A stretch of DNA of 64,000 bases. Origin: Takakia lepidozioides. Taxonomy: Eukaryota > Plantae > Bryophyta. A program made the position numbers and the translations under genes. The stretch covers positions 56,482,001 through 56,546,000 of the forward strand of contig CM060733.1 in the NCBI GenBank assembly GCA_030704615.1, given 5' to 3'. How positions within the stretch are numbered: position 1 is the stretch's first letter; each line of letters starts with the position of its first letter. Of the stretch, positions 49,196 to 62,672 are shown piece by piece. The notes under the pieces were generated by a model, which was not told the DNA's origin, ran no database searches, and saw only the letters and a program-made list of their open reading frames with translations.

Positions 49196-50660
49196 TTGTA
49201 GCTGCCCATGGAACCTAGCTCTAAGGTGCAAGGAACGGTGGTGGGCCCAGCGACCTCTCCATAAAGAGGCTATTGTCGCATCGAGCCGCATGTGTTGGAA
49301 ATGGTAGATGTAGTGTGGATCTTTTTTGAATGTGCTAGAGCTAATTCCCTTTACGAGAATTGTGCTACTGTTGAATCGAGCCTCTCCAGTGAGATTCAAT
49401 ACATCGTGTTGTTACTCCAATGCAAACTTTGGTTGCTCAGCAAGGTTCCCTATATCCCTTTGGCAGAAGATTTGTGTGTTTTTTCCCTCGTAACTTTCAA
49501 ATGTTTATACTTGTAAAAAAAGTTCCAGACCATCAAGTCTTAAATCGAAGCCACAAATAACCCCACAAGCCATAGATAAATAGAATTAATTTTGTGGCAA
49601 ACAATATGGAAGGGTGTCATGTCTTTTCCTCCGTCTTTCTCAGCTTCAAGCCAGATATAGCTATTAGAAAATAATATATTTCTTATGACAGTCAGAAAAG
49701 AGAAACAATAATCTTGCACGCAGGCTGGAGCTCTCAACTCTTCCTTCATGGCAGGCCAAATGGGCAATCTTGAAAATATCATCTAGGGCTCAAAATTTAT
49801 CAAAATGCCAAAATTTGTGGACAAGGCACTATGTAATGTTAGTGTGCATTTACTTACCAGAGAAATTAGAAAACAAATATCACCTCATTGGTGTACTTGG
49901 AAAAGAATCTCCCAAATGCAATGGTCAAATTGACTACATTTTTCCCAGAATATGGCTGTAGTAGATATGCACATTAGTATACAGTTAATCCATATGGGGA
50001 TAAAAATTACACCAGGAAGCATTTCACACCCGCACTTCTCTTTTAGTGGGCCCACCCAAGTGGTGCTAGTCATTTCAGGGTTAAATTGGAGTATGCCAGC
50101 CAAACATCTTTAACACAAGATGGAGTCTTTTTAGATATACTACTTAGTGAAGATCCATGGGTTGTAGAAAGGTCACTGCATTGTTGACAGTCAAGCAAGG
50201 CCCCCCAAAAGCAAAGACTGGAACTGATGTCTGATGGTTCACTGATGTGGGGCTTTTCCTGAAGGTTGTAAGAAGGGAGAGGATTGGAGCGGCCAATGAG
50301 GTTTGGATGGGTGAAATGTGAGGCCACGTCTAGAGGCTAGCATAGAAATAAGAGGGTGGCCCTCCTTCTAGTTCTAGAGCTTTCCACAAGTAGGATGAGG
50401 CGGTTGCCCCCCTTCTAGAAGGCTCCACCAGCCCCCTTGAGACAGTACATAAAGTGGGCGAGGGCTACTTTCTATAGGGTTTCTGCCGCCTCCACCGTAT
50501 TTTGGTGGGCTCTGCATGCAAGTAGAGCCCCCCTTAAAAAATATAAATTTGGAATCTTGAACAATCTTCAACTGACTTCTAGGTCGCAAACATATGTCTT
50601 TTTGGTGGGGACCTTTCTACAACGTTGTCCCCCACATGTCACCCCTAGAAACCACCACTT

Positions 50661-50895
50661 TTTTTTTTTTTTTTTTTAAAAGGGAAATACCTGGGAGCGA
50701 CAGCTCACAAATCAGGCCCCTTGATAGAGAGGAGAAAATAACCTCTCGGTAACCTCGCCATAAGGCTTTCAGATGCGACACCGCGCAGGGAAGTGGGAGA
50801 AGAGCGTACCACACCCGTCAAGTAGCAGGATTTGACCCCAGGGTCATCCGGATGGCACTCAGTGCACTTTACCAACTGAGCTACTGACTGTTGGT
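50661..50895 (-). mobile_element. Full-length tRNA-derived SINE (family 1) with poly(A) and TSD
   Basis: A box TAGCTCAGTTGG, B box GGTCAAATCC, poly(A) tail; TSD CACCACTT at 50653-50660 and 50896-50903. Confidence 0.85.
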
Positions 50896-51520
50896 CACCA
50901 CTTGACACGTGTACATTTTTCTTTTTTTTTTAAAGTTTTGGAACTCATTACAGTTATTTCTTCAAATCCTTGTGTAGCTTACTATATATCCCCCCTTTCT
51001 AATTCCTGGACCATCCTCTAGTGGACATGGCCCTGCAAACGTGGGGGGCTTACTCAATGGAGGTCATGGTCAATGATAAGGTGTTTGCTCAAGATACATA
51101 TGTAGGCTGGGTTATATTCAACCCAGAAAAGGTCAGAGCCCATAAAATTTAATCATGTGACCTCAGCAGTTCCTGGAGCTCCATTGGAGATGGCATTGGA
51201 TGAAAGAGTCAAAATTGAAATCTGGACATCCATGGAACTTGGAAGTAAAGCTCAAAAAGTACAGAAAAGGTAGGAGATTCAGTCAGTGGCATCACAAGTC
51301 AATGATGTCAGACCCTTAATACTCAGAGAGGTTTCCAGGTTGGTCTCCACATTACATTATTTGTACTTTGGGGACATCCAATGGATAGCCCATCAGCGAG
51401 GGCATAACACATAACACCATGTTGTGTTCACAACCACATATGTAAGTGTGTGGGATGTCATTACCTGTTCACTACTGTTGGGCGGTTATTTGTTCTTCCG
51501 GCAAAGCCCAGGGATTCTTA

Positions 51521-51611
51521 CCCTGGTTCTATACCCTTGGATGGGGACTGGACTTGCGGTGTGTGAATCCCTGGTTCTATACCCTTGGATGGGGACTGGA
51601 CTTGCGGTGTG
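51521..51611. repeat. 48-bp period tandem duplication
   Basis: ccctggttctatacccttggatggggactggacttgcggtgtg at 51521 and 51569. Confidence 0.95.
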
Positions 51612-52039
51612 GTGGGCACACGTACACACACACAATGAGGTGCGGCCATATGTACACACAATCATCCGCACACGGACTTGGGCCCAAATGCAAAGTGTAG
51701 AGCCAATTTACATGCTTGCCCATTGACCTTGATTATATCGTCAAGCCCAATATTCGCTCGATCTTCCACCTCCCCATGTTGAAAATGCACTTCCTACCCT
51801 TGCACCACCATCAACGGGCTGGCAATTGCAAGTTCCATACTTGCTACCAAAAGAAAACCCTTGATCCCACTCCATTGCAAGCTAACCATTAGCTGCTCCC
51901 AGGCACTCTCTGCATGGACCTTTAAGAAGATTAACGACATATATTTTTAACATTTAATTCATGTGGGCCTTTCGAGGGCTTCCTTTTCTTGGGTTCTTGG
52001 CCCTTTTTAAGTCATTTGGTCTTGGCCCATAGTTCTTTT

Positions 52040-52515
52040 GGAGGTTGGGTAGCGTGTGAGCATGCTCAAGTGAGCACAAACGAATATTAAGGATATTCTC
52101 TAGATCCTTTTCGAATATTCTCCAACGAAACTAAAATTGAGAAACTAAAAACTTTGCGAAACTTTTTTTAACTGCTCACATAAGCCCTCACAGCATCACT
52201 TAAGAAACAAGTAACACCTATATACGATAAACATGTTACCCTATAGGCGTGGGGTTTCCTCACAAATGGATGCGAACCGGATACCCCGGAAAACCCCATA
52301 AAAGCAGAAATCGTGGTTTTCAGTCCGGGTATCGGCAGTTTAAGCCCTAGAAAAGTTATTTTCGCACTGAGAAAATAAATCTGAAGGTACTCAAATGCAC
52401 CGTCCCTGTTAACATGTAATTCCTATGACCGCGGTTTGAAAACATTTAACCCCTATGACCGCGGGCCGTGCTCACGTGAGCATGCTCACGCTGTGCTCAC
52501 AGGATACCAACGCCC
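52040..52515. mobile_element. Non-autonomous TIR element (MITE; hAT- or Mutator-like)
   Basis: Imperfect TIR GGAGGTTGGGTAGCGTGTGAGCA versus reverse complement GGGCGTTGGTATCCTGTGAGCA; subterminal TGAGCA/TGCTCA repeats; TSD GTTCTTTT(G) at 52032 and 52516. Confidence 0.8.
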
Positions 52516-53464
52516 GTTCTTTTGTTACTGTTCACTTGGTTATCCCTGCCTTTTGGCATGTAAAGCTTTCATCTTTTCCCTTGAATAAGTCTCAAAAACT
52601 CTCAAGGGCTTTCTTTAAATTTAAGAAAAAATAAAAAATCATGGTTTGAAGTTTGGCTTGTGGTGTTTGTTTATGTTTGCTAATGCGGTTGGGAACCAAC
52701 ATGCACAACCGCCAGTTCTCAAACCAACAAGGCCCAAGGTGGAAAATTTGAAACTTAATGGGAACCGGAAAGGTAAATAAAATGGGACCTATCAAACCCC
52801 CGGCACCAACAGATCTCTAGCAGGCCCCCCTCTTCCAAACCGGAACCAGAGATTCCCATATAAATCAAAAAACCGCTCATCACTCGTCTAGACTACACCT
52901 TCTCCTTATTCCATGATCCGCAATCCATTGCAAAACCGGTCTTCTGAGAATCATAGCACAGTATAGTGCAAACTGTCACCCAAGTTTGTGTCGCAGTGAA
53001 ATCCCATTACATTTGTGTAAACGACATTTCTTGACAACACATTGTGTACAAACAACAGTTTATGCACTGTCCGAGGACACTCTCACCATTGCATTGCAAC
53101 TTTCCTTCAACAAATTCACAGAATTAGATTTTACTTTATTTTATTCAACTCACCCCACCATGACACAGTACCGGTACATCATATCCCAAAGATATAATCT
53201 CACCACAACCCATCAACTGATCCGTTGTTGAAGGCCAGGGATCACAATGCTGATACTCCTGAAATACTCCTACTTGGTGTAGACAAATACAAGACCAGTA
53301 AGTCAGATTCAATTAGCTGCCCACATACATGAGACGCATTGAAAGGAAAAGAGGGGAAGGAAAAGACAATTAAGTTCAATCTGGGGTTGTGTCAAACCTA
53401 ACCTTACCTGAATGAACACTTTCAAATCAAGGAACACAAGAATACTTTGCCAACGCCACCAACC

Positions 53465-56336
53465 TCACATTTTGCGAAACTGACTGCCAACAAAAACAAT
53501 CAAAGTGGTGACTGCAGATGAGTAGAGGACATGGGGGATGCGACGCACTACATCCCCCACACGGGGAACTTGCTCTGCTCCTCGCCTGCTCAGCACAACT
53601 AGTGTTGGAATCACAATGGAGAAGATAAGTATTTGTGAGCTGACTCGAGCTGAGACAGTCTTGGTGAACCTTTCAAGAAAGGCAGTGAACTCCATTCGGT
53701 CAAGCACGCCATCATTGTTCCTGTCAAATGTCTGCATGCCAAACATTCCCGTGAACAAGAATGTCAAACCTTTTGGACTAGGAGAAAATTTAACTAAGAC
53801 AGGGAGACGGCATGACTGTGGAGAAGACCACCCAGAACCATTTCAACTTACATTATCTCCATAGGGCTATGGCTTTGACATGGAGAGATTGTCCTCCAGA
53901 GGTACCCAATTTGCTGGGGCAAAGTTGAGAGAACATAGCATGGCCTCCAGCATAGGGCCAGATGTGACTCCAGGACCACCACAATGTGGCCACCCACGAC
54001 CTGACCACTTGGCTATCTATGTACACAAGTGTTTAAATCTGCATTAATACGGGATTTCAAAGTTGCGGTCAATCCAAGTGGCTTCAAAGCCAAAGAGAGG
54101 GATAAGCTCTACCTGTTGTACAACAAGAGAGTTCCCCTTCCTCTCCAGTCTGGGATGCAAATTCACTTCGTCCCAGCCAGACGTTGCCCAATTTTCTCAC
54201 AGTAGAGTAGCCATGACAAGCTGCAGATTCATACATGAACAAAGCTAAACATGATGCAGGGGATAACACAAGGGTGGTAAACCTTCAGCATGGCCTCCAC
54301 CTCTTCCCTCGTAGGCGGGTCATGGAATGGACCAGGGAGGGTCTTGTTGATGTCACTGACACAGGTAGACCACAGAGCTATTAGGTCATCTTTTTTGCAG
54401 CAATCCCGTCTGACAACCTTCTGTGAAATAATCCTTGATAAGAACCACCCCCATTCTCCACACAGAATCTCCATGGTAGTGCCTGCCTATATTCTCACTG
54501 TGAGTGCAAAATGCCATAGACCTTTGAGACCCCCTATTTCACTCATTGAGGGGGAATGCCTATAGAGTCTGAAGTAGCCCTGAATGTCACTTCAAGAAAA
54601 GAAACGACCAGCACAGAGGAAAGTCAATCTCCAGATGCTTAAAAGCAAATAAAATCTGAAAGGCACTTACTTGTAAACGAGCAACACGGCACAATAAAGG
54701 TCTTGCACACCAAGATGGTCAGAGCCACTGACGCTCACAAAGCGGTCCCACTCACGATCTACAATTTTCTTCACTGTTGGATTCTCCCGTGCCTTGGCTG
54801 CCAGGCATGGTCCATCCCACCACTAAAAACTTGAGACTCCAGGATTGGTGACTGAGACAGAAGTGAACCAAGTACATACTTGAATTGGGAGATCATATCT
54901 TCCAACCATGGTACCCTCACTTCCTTAGCAACTATGGGCAGGAGAGAGGGAGGTGGGGAGGGGGAGAAAGTGTTCGATTACCAGCAACAGCATGTTACCT
55001 TTCTATTGATGCATACCTTCTGAGGATAGGTAATCACAACATCGCAAGCTAAGGGCAGCCTTTGGGTCCACCTTTCCTACATTTTGTAAGTTCCAGTGTA
55101 ACTTTGACCATCGATAATGTTAGATCAAACGTTATAATATAAGCTTCACCAATCACTTGTGTCCAGACTGCTTCATGGCGACATCGTGAACTGGTTGAGA
55201 TCATAGCCAGCTTTCTAGATACCTCAAGAAAGACAAGCATTCCCAGCAAAAAACCTGCCCCAAAATACTCGCGTAGAGTCCACCGTACACCAATTCACTG
55301 AGAGACATTAGCATTCATAGAAGAAATGTAACAAGCTTGTCCCACCGCGAGGTTTCCCGAAAATGATGTGACTATCACTTACAAAATGAGGCAAAGAATT
55401 AACCCGCGCCCAAGATTCATTACTACACTACACGGAAGAACTCAGTCCCATTTGAAAGTCATGCAGTGATGGATGTTAGGAAGCTTCTACATCATGTTCG
55501 GTTGATAGTTACCAAGGTCCCATACCAGAACGGCCACTTTCCAGGAAATTGACAGGAACTCCGAGCAGCCCTGAAGCTCTTTCTTTGAATGCATGAACAT
55601 GCTTAGAATGGCTATTTCTTTACTCGAGAGAAACTGAAATCAATAAGGTCCGTGAATTGTTTAAGCTGTATCATGGAGCTATGAGAGAGATGGAAAAGCA
55701 ACACGGAATGAGGAAAGCCACAACGCAAGACAAAAGCGGAACTGCTTTCAACATACCCAGGTCGCAATCGTGCCCAAGAGATTGACGAAAACTGATGAAG
55801 AGAAGTAACCTAGATAATAATGCACGAAAACGTGAAGGGATGGGCAACGCTTACACTTGAGATTCCCCATGGCTGCACACCACACTCGTCTCTAAAGACC
55901 TCCGAGTCCTGATGGAGATGGGGTTGCGATATTTGTGCTGGTTTGTAGTCGCAGTTCGCGAGTGAATGGTGAGACCACAGTAAACTTCTCACATTACACT
56001 CTGTCAAGCCTTATAAAGACCGAAATGAGGTGACTGTACACTGTGAGGAGAGGAAGTTAAGTTGTTGGGTAGGCCCACTTTCACCCACAAACGAAGTGGT
56101 CTCTATCATTAGAGCAGACGCCTTCATATCTTAGCAGTATAAACACCGATGAAGTTGGGTGGGGGCTTTGCCTCATCAGCAAAAGATAAAGCGATCAACG
56201 AGTCACAACCACGACCTCTTAGTTGACGTTTGGGGGTTGTTGCACGAGCTGGATGGAAACGGTGGATGTGCTAAAGTCCTCAGCAAAATGTCAGTCATTT
56301 ACTTGTGTCTCGGAGGGGCTTGAGGATATCAGCCAT
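53465..56336 (-). CDS. Small calcium-binding EF-hand family protein (At2g44310-like), 4 exons
   Basis: Exons 56336-56303 (tentative), 54797-54671, 54355-54283, 53731-53465; phase-consistent. Motifs DLYCAVLLVYNDINKTLPGP.HDPP and EF loop DRNNDGVLDRMEF; hydrophobic C-terminus. Confidence 0.82.
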
Positions 56337-58571
56337 GGCACTTAAGCTGTGGCTACTGCTAAAATCAATCGGGTTTTCAAGATGACATTTTGAGCACTCC
56401 AACCGTGTTTAGACTTGCTTGGCAGAGGACCGGATCAGCCTGACATCATTAGCGGACAAGACCATGCAGGGTTTCCCGTCATGGGCGCTTGCAAGAGTGA
56501 CGAAGAGGGTGCCATGGCGAATAGAGAAGAATCCGCTGCCACATTACTAGACCAGACTTGAGCCCCCACCTATCCATTGGGCTGGCGGCTGAGGACTGGG
56601 GAAATCGGCGGTGGCAGCCCAGGTTTCCGACGCCATAGTCTAGTTCCTTACGTCGGAGCTGGAACCGTGCAAGGACAAGTAGTGCTGATCTAGCAGGCGC
56701 AGCTGCTTCCTCTCTTTCCATCTTTAGACTGCGTTGTTGGACATCAAGTGCAAACTTCACAGAATTTCTAGTTTTGTCCAGGGACACTAGACAAATTTAA
56801 GTAGTAAGTATACTTCAATCGCTACTGCAATGGGTCTCCTGGGAGTAGTAGTGCGCTCTAAGCGAAATTTTCCGTGCCAAGGTCTACCAACTAGGGAAGT
56901 CAATCCATCTCGTCAAGTGCTTGATCCGCTTTGGAATAGCGACTGTACAGCACACCTAGAAAGAGTAAATAGAGTTCCAGATGTCTTCCTCACTGGAATC
57001 TCAATTTCCATGCCATCATGCAGCTCAAGCTGATCATTGAGCAGAGTTCTTTGACTGTGTCCATGGAGTTCCCACTTTTGGTCGTCGTTGAATAGCAGTT
57101 TGATCGAGGTGCCTGATTGAAACAATTGTGCCTGATTCAATCCTGCCATCCTGCATGACTCAAAACTCTTATTCACAAATACGGACATCTACCCGGGTCC
57201 TTGATGAGGATGTTCTGCACTAAAGTTCCTAGAAGCCAAAATGCATCTAGTTAAATAGATGATCTCTTAGAAACTGTTCATACCAACTGTGTTTACAGTG
57301 GTTGATAATTGGAGTTCACACACAGGTCTGCATCTCGTCTGCATGTTCTTGCAGTGCTCGAATGAATACAAGGGAAATCTTGTGATTATGAATTCAGACT
57401 CACACCCTGTGCGTGAAGGGCGACTGATGGTCCCCAAAAGGGAGATACCCCAATCCGGAGTACGTGGGTGACTATCATGGCCCAAGGGAAGAGAGGAAAC
57501 AGCTAAACAGGAGAGCTCTCCAATACCAAAACAGATTACCGTGCGAGTCGTCCGCGATGCAGAGAACTCGTGCAGTAGTGACATCAAGTACAGCCAAGAG
57601 CTTATACTCAAACCCTGAGGCACATTGGACTGATCTAGACTTTAAAGACTCTGTAACCTCCCGATTGCAGTGACGTTGACTCCCTTCCTGGCCTAGGTAA
57701 TACCACTCTTGAGAAAAGGACGTAGACTTTGGGCCAATGTTCAGATGTTGTTGGAAGAATTTTTAGCATCTTCATTGGCACCGGGCCATGCGACATGTCT
57801 CAACTGCAGCAGTTGATGTATTTAGTGCTCACCTATCTGGAGATGAAGGCCTCTGAATCCTGTACTAGTCCACCATGTTCATTGCCAACGTAGGGGGGTT
57901 AAGTCTGAGAGGAACAGTGGATACTGGGCAACGATCCTGCATGTAGAATATCTGATGGTGAACGACACTGCATGCTGTGCTGATTTTGAATGTGAGAGAG
58001 TGGTTTCACGAGATTCAGAAGACCACTTCATCCAAGCTGAGCATCCACGGTTTCCTCATGCGTTCACTTCATCGAATAACATCGACTGCAAGCATCCAAC
58101 ATTTAGACTCCAATGAATTTCTTGCGTGAGCTGACTACTCTCATCTGCTTGAACCGAACAATCTAAGTTAGATAATGACATCCACTTGAGAAGCCCACGG
58201 GACATTCAGCACTGTGCGATGAGACCTCTTAGTTTTGGATTAAGTTAACGGGCACTGAATGGATCATCTTGGTCGTATCACCTTTTAGCACGTAGGATTC
58301 TTCAAGACAAAATTCGTGTGAGACATTCTCCCAACATTCTCTCCCTTCCACTGATCAGAATTCCTCGAGCGGTAATACTTAAGATTCGACAGACTCTCAG
58401 TTGTTTGGAGCGGAACGTACAACGATCTGCAATATAATATCGTTCCCTCATTCAAGATGCAACAACAACAACCCACCTGCACAAAACATGCACGCTCCTT
58501 ACTTTTTGCCTCATCACCAACCTTCCCTCTTATTCGGAGGAAGGTGATGGACTGTCCGCCAAGATTTAAGC

Positions 58572-58702
58572 TCACGTGCACGCGCCTTTGGGTGCTCCGC
58601 CAGACCACTCGGCCGCTGCTACTATCTTCACTTTGTCTCTTTCGTGAAACAAAGCTATGTACATGTTGTCGAGACTCGCTGACGTGATTGTCCCTTATAA
58701 AT
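58572..58702 (+). promoter_or_regulatory. Putative transketolase core promoter
   Basis: CACGTG (~58573), TGACGTG (~58680) and TATAAA (58696-58701) upstream of a candidate first exon. Confidence 0.45.
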
Positions 58703-59003
58703 CTTCAGTACCAGAAATCGGCCGGGATTCTTGAGTGCAAACAGGAAGTACAATCTCAGAGTATTACTATGGTGAGGGCTTTAATTCACTAGTTTGAACG
58801 AGCCCTTCATTGTGACCTCCGAGATTGCACCCTCCACGCCTTGTCTAATTTGAAGGGTCAAACAATACGATGCATCTGTGAGCCCGAGAGGAGAGAGTAA
58901 ACTTAAGATCGACAATATATCCGATTGTTACCTTGTCGGGTACAACTCTTGCCTGTATAGGTACGGCTGGGGTCGTTGGGTGCCCTTGTTGCAGGAACGG
59001 AGC

Positions 59004-62000
59004 ATGATCACTATGGCCGCTCTCGGATGCAATGTGGGCACTGCATTAGCTACCAAGGGTGCCCCTGCCATCCAGGAAGGCTCCATGACCCAATCGGAGA
59101 GAATCGGGACACCCTCCCAGGGCTTCGCTTTGAGTACGTTTGCAGGCCTGAAGCTAGTTTCCAAGGTATCGAAGGCAGCTCATCTACCACTGGCATCTAG
59201 ATCATCCCTTAATACCCACAGCAATATCCGTGCTATTGCTACCGTTGAAACCCTGGAGAAGACAGATGCATCAGTGGTGGACCTATCCATCAATACCATT
59301 CGCTTTCTGGCCATTGATGCAGTGGAGAAGGCAAATTCGGGTCACCCGGGGCTGCCCATGGGATGTGCCCCAATGGGGCACATCTTGTATGACGAGGTGA
59401 TGAAGTATAACCCGAAGAATCCTTACTGGTTTAACAGGGATCGCTTCGTCCTATCAGCGGGTCATGGCTGCATGCTACAGTATGCTCTTCTCCATCTTGC
59501 CGGATACGATAGTGTGGAGGTATTCATAATTTACATCTGGACACTGCTTTTTGTTATTTGCATATCCGGGAACTTCATGCAGGTCTGGACTGGCAGTTGC
59601 TAGTTGATGCTATGCATGGCAGTGAGATCGCCGGTATTCTCTTTGAGCTGCTCAAAAGGCACCCCATTTGCACCACCTTAACTGGGCGGAGCTGTTCGAC
59701 AACACAACTATGACTTCTATTTTAAATATCGCATTCTACATAGAAGGTACACAACATGTCTCAAGAACTTGGCCTCGAAGTTTTGATAAATTCCTCTTTT
59801 GTCCATTTCAGGAAGAAGACTTAAAGCAGTTCCGGCAATGGAAGAGTCGGACACCTGGTCATCCAGAGAATTTCGAAACCCCTGGCATCGAGGTCACCAC
59901 AGGTACTTTGAGAGCGAATTTGTTATCCAAAAGGTTTTCAGAATTGGTTTCACGTCTACAACTTTCTCACTAGCAGTGTACTGATGTTACCTACGATATG
60001 TAAGCAATTTTTTCAGGCGATTGTCAGGCGTTCTTGCTCATGATTCATCACTTTTGCTTGCTATGTTCAGGCCCTCTAGGACAAGGTATTGCAAATGCTG
60101 TGGGTTTAGCTCTTTCTGAGGCACATCTGGCAGCCCGTTTCAACAAGCCTGATGCTAAAATCGTCGATCACTACACGTAAGCTTTCTCAGGCACACCTTT
60201 CAGCAGTTTGATCAGTATGTTGTTGTGATTCTGCTCTAGCTGGCAACTCTCTCATTTCATGAGCAGAACTTTCCCAGGGAAACCACCAAATGCTTGGTAA
60301 GTGTGCAGCAGGCATAATTGGGCCTTCTAAATTCTCTAGAGCCCAAAGGTACAGTGACCCTCTCATGCTCTCTATGAGGACTGAAAGACATTTGAAGGTT
60401 ACATTTAAGTGCTATTTAAGTTAATTCGCTTGAAGTCTTGGACCGTTTCGAAGGAGCCTTTCACTCCATGATAGTTCTGAGTGGAAGTGGGTAAAATTGC
60501 ACGAGTTCTGAAAGTGGAGTGATTTTCGCACCGCTGATTTCGGGACTCGTCAAGCAGCTCTTAAATATATGTACACATTATTATATATTGCAGGTACTGC
60601 ATTCTGGGAGACGGTTGCAACATGGAGGGGATCTCAAATGAGGCAGCATCACTTGCAGGCCACTGGGGCTTGGATAAGCTCATTGCATTCTACGATGACA
60701 ACCATATCTCTATTGATGGAGACACTGAGATTGCCTTCACCGAGAATGTTGATGCCCGATTCGAGGCCCTTGGTTGGCACACTATCTGGGTCAAGGACGG
60801 TAACACTGACCTGGATGCCTTGCGTCTTGCCATTGCGGAGGCGAAGTCTGTGACTGATAAGCCAACTATGATCAAGGTGGGGCTCTTGGGCAAGTCCCAA
60901 TCAACCCAAATCTGCTTGGGTAGCTCTAGATCTAGTCCCTCTGCTGGACAAGGGTGGGCAAGTGGTGTCCTTGTATATTTCCTACATCGTTTTCTGAATC
61001 CTACCAAATCCTTCGGAATCCATTGGACTATATTTCAACGTTTGCATGTCAAAGTGGTTCCTTCACCAGTTTCTGAATCTGCAGTTGGGGAATGTGAACA
61101 GGTGACAACAACCATTGGATTCGGATCACCAAATAAGGCTAACTCATACAGTGTGCATGGGAGTGCTTTGGGTGCTAAGGAAGTGAATGCCACTCGCCAA
61201 AACCTGGGCTGGCCCTACGCCCCCTTCATCGTTCCAGAGGAAGTGAAAAGGTAGTAGACACTGCTTGCTATGTTACATCTATGCACTTTGTTGAGTTGAA
61301 ATTATATGCCACTGTCCGACGAGCTCTGCCTTTGCGTGTTGGCGGTCGCTGACGAGTGTCAAATTTGGTCCTGGCTGCAGTCACTGGAGTAGACATACCC
61401 AGGAAGGAGCTGCACTTGAGGCAGCGTGGGAAGAATCCCTAGCCGCTTATGAACAGAAGTACCCAACCGAGGCTGCCGAGTTTAAGCAACTCATCTCTGG
61501 CAAGCTTCCAGCCGGCTGGGAGCAGGCTCTTCCTGTAAGTCTTACGCCATGTGTATCAACATACATAACTTACATCTGTTGAACTTTCAGAGCTATGCTG
61601 ACGCCTTGACAGCTGATGTCATCCAGACCTTCTGTGGACTTTGTATGAACTGCTGTTGAGCTGCATGGTCTGTGATGCTGAATCTGTGGATTGACTGTTG
61701 TGTGCACAGACGTTCACTCCTGAGACTCCGGGCGACGCCACACGGAATTTGTCTCAGACATGCCTTAATGCGCTCGCAACAGTGCTGCCCGGGCTGATTG
61801 GAGGCAGTGCAGACTTGGCATCTTCCAACATGACCTTGATGAAAATGTTTGGTGACTTCCAGAAACACACACCAGCTGAGCGCAATGTGAGGTTCGGAGT
61901 GAGAGAGCACGCTATGGGAGCCATTATGAACGGAGTGCAGCTGCATTTGAGTGGCCTTATTCCATATTGTGCTACTTTTTTCATCTTCACAGATTATCTT

Positions 62001-62672
62001 CGTGCAGCCATGCGTATCTCGGCCCTTTGTGAGGCCGGTGTGATCTACGTTATGACCCATGACTCGATTGGCCTGGGAGAGGATGGGCCCACCCATCAAC
62101 CCATTGAGCATTTGGCCAGCTTTCGGGCAATGCCCAACATCTTGGTGTTGCGACCTGCTGATGGCAACGAGACCTCGGGTGCATACAAGGTGGCCGTTCT
62201 CAACCGCAAGAGGCCCTCAGTGTTGGCTTTGTCTAGACAAAAACTGCCCAATCTACCTGGAACATCAATTGAGGGAGTGAAGAAGGGCGGCTACATCATC
62301 ACTGACGATTCATCAGACAACAAACCAGACCTCATCCTCATTGGAACAGGCTCTGAGCTTGAGATCGCTTTCAAAGCCGCAGACGTGATTCGGAAGGAAG
62401 GCAGGACAGTACGCGTGGTCTCCCTAGTGTCGTGGGAGCTTTTTGAGGAGCAGAATGGTGAGTATAAGGAAAGCGTGTTCCCAGCAGGAGTGAAAGCTCG
62501 TGTGAGTATTGAGGCAGGGTCCACATTTGGGTGGGAGCGATATGTGGGACTGGAAGGGAAGGCTATTGGCGTTGATCATTTTGGTGCCAGTGCACCTGCC
62601 AGCGTCCTGTATCAGCAGTTTGGGCTCACAGTTGATAATGTAGTTGAGAATGCCAAACAAGTTCTAGCTTAG
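59004..62672 (+). CDS. TKL: Plastid transketolase, 7 main coding exons
   Basis: Exons 59004-59519, 59812-59902, 60071-60176, 60594-60876, 61102-61250, 61381-61534, 61710-62672. Has a transit-peptide-like N-terminus and motifs [29 protein letters not shown] and [16 protein letters not shown]. Confidence 0.97.

Noticed and set aside
56830-58300. Gene or pseudogene between the EF-hand gene and transketolase
   Set aside because: Only short ORFs with no recognisable family motif or consistent exon chain.
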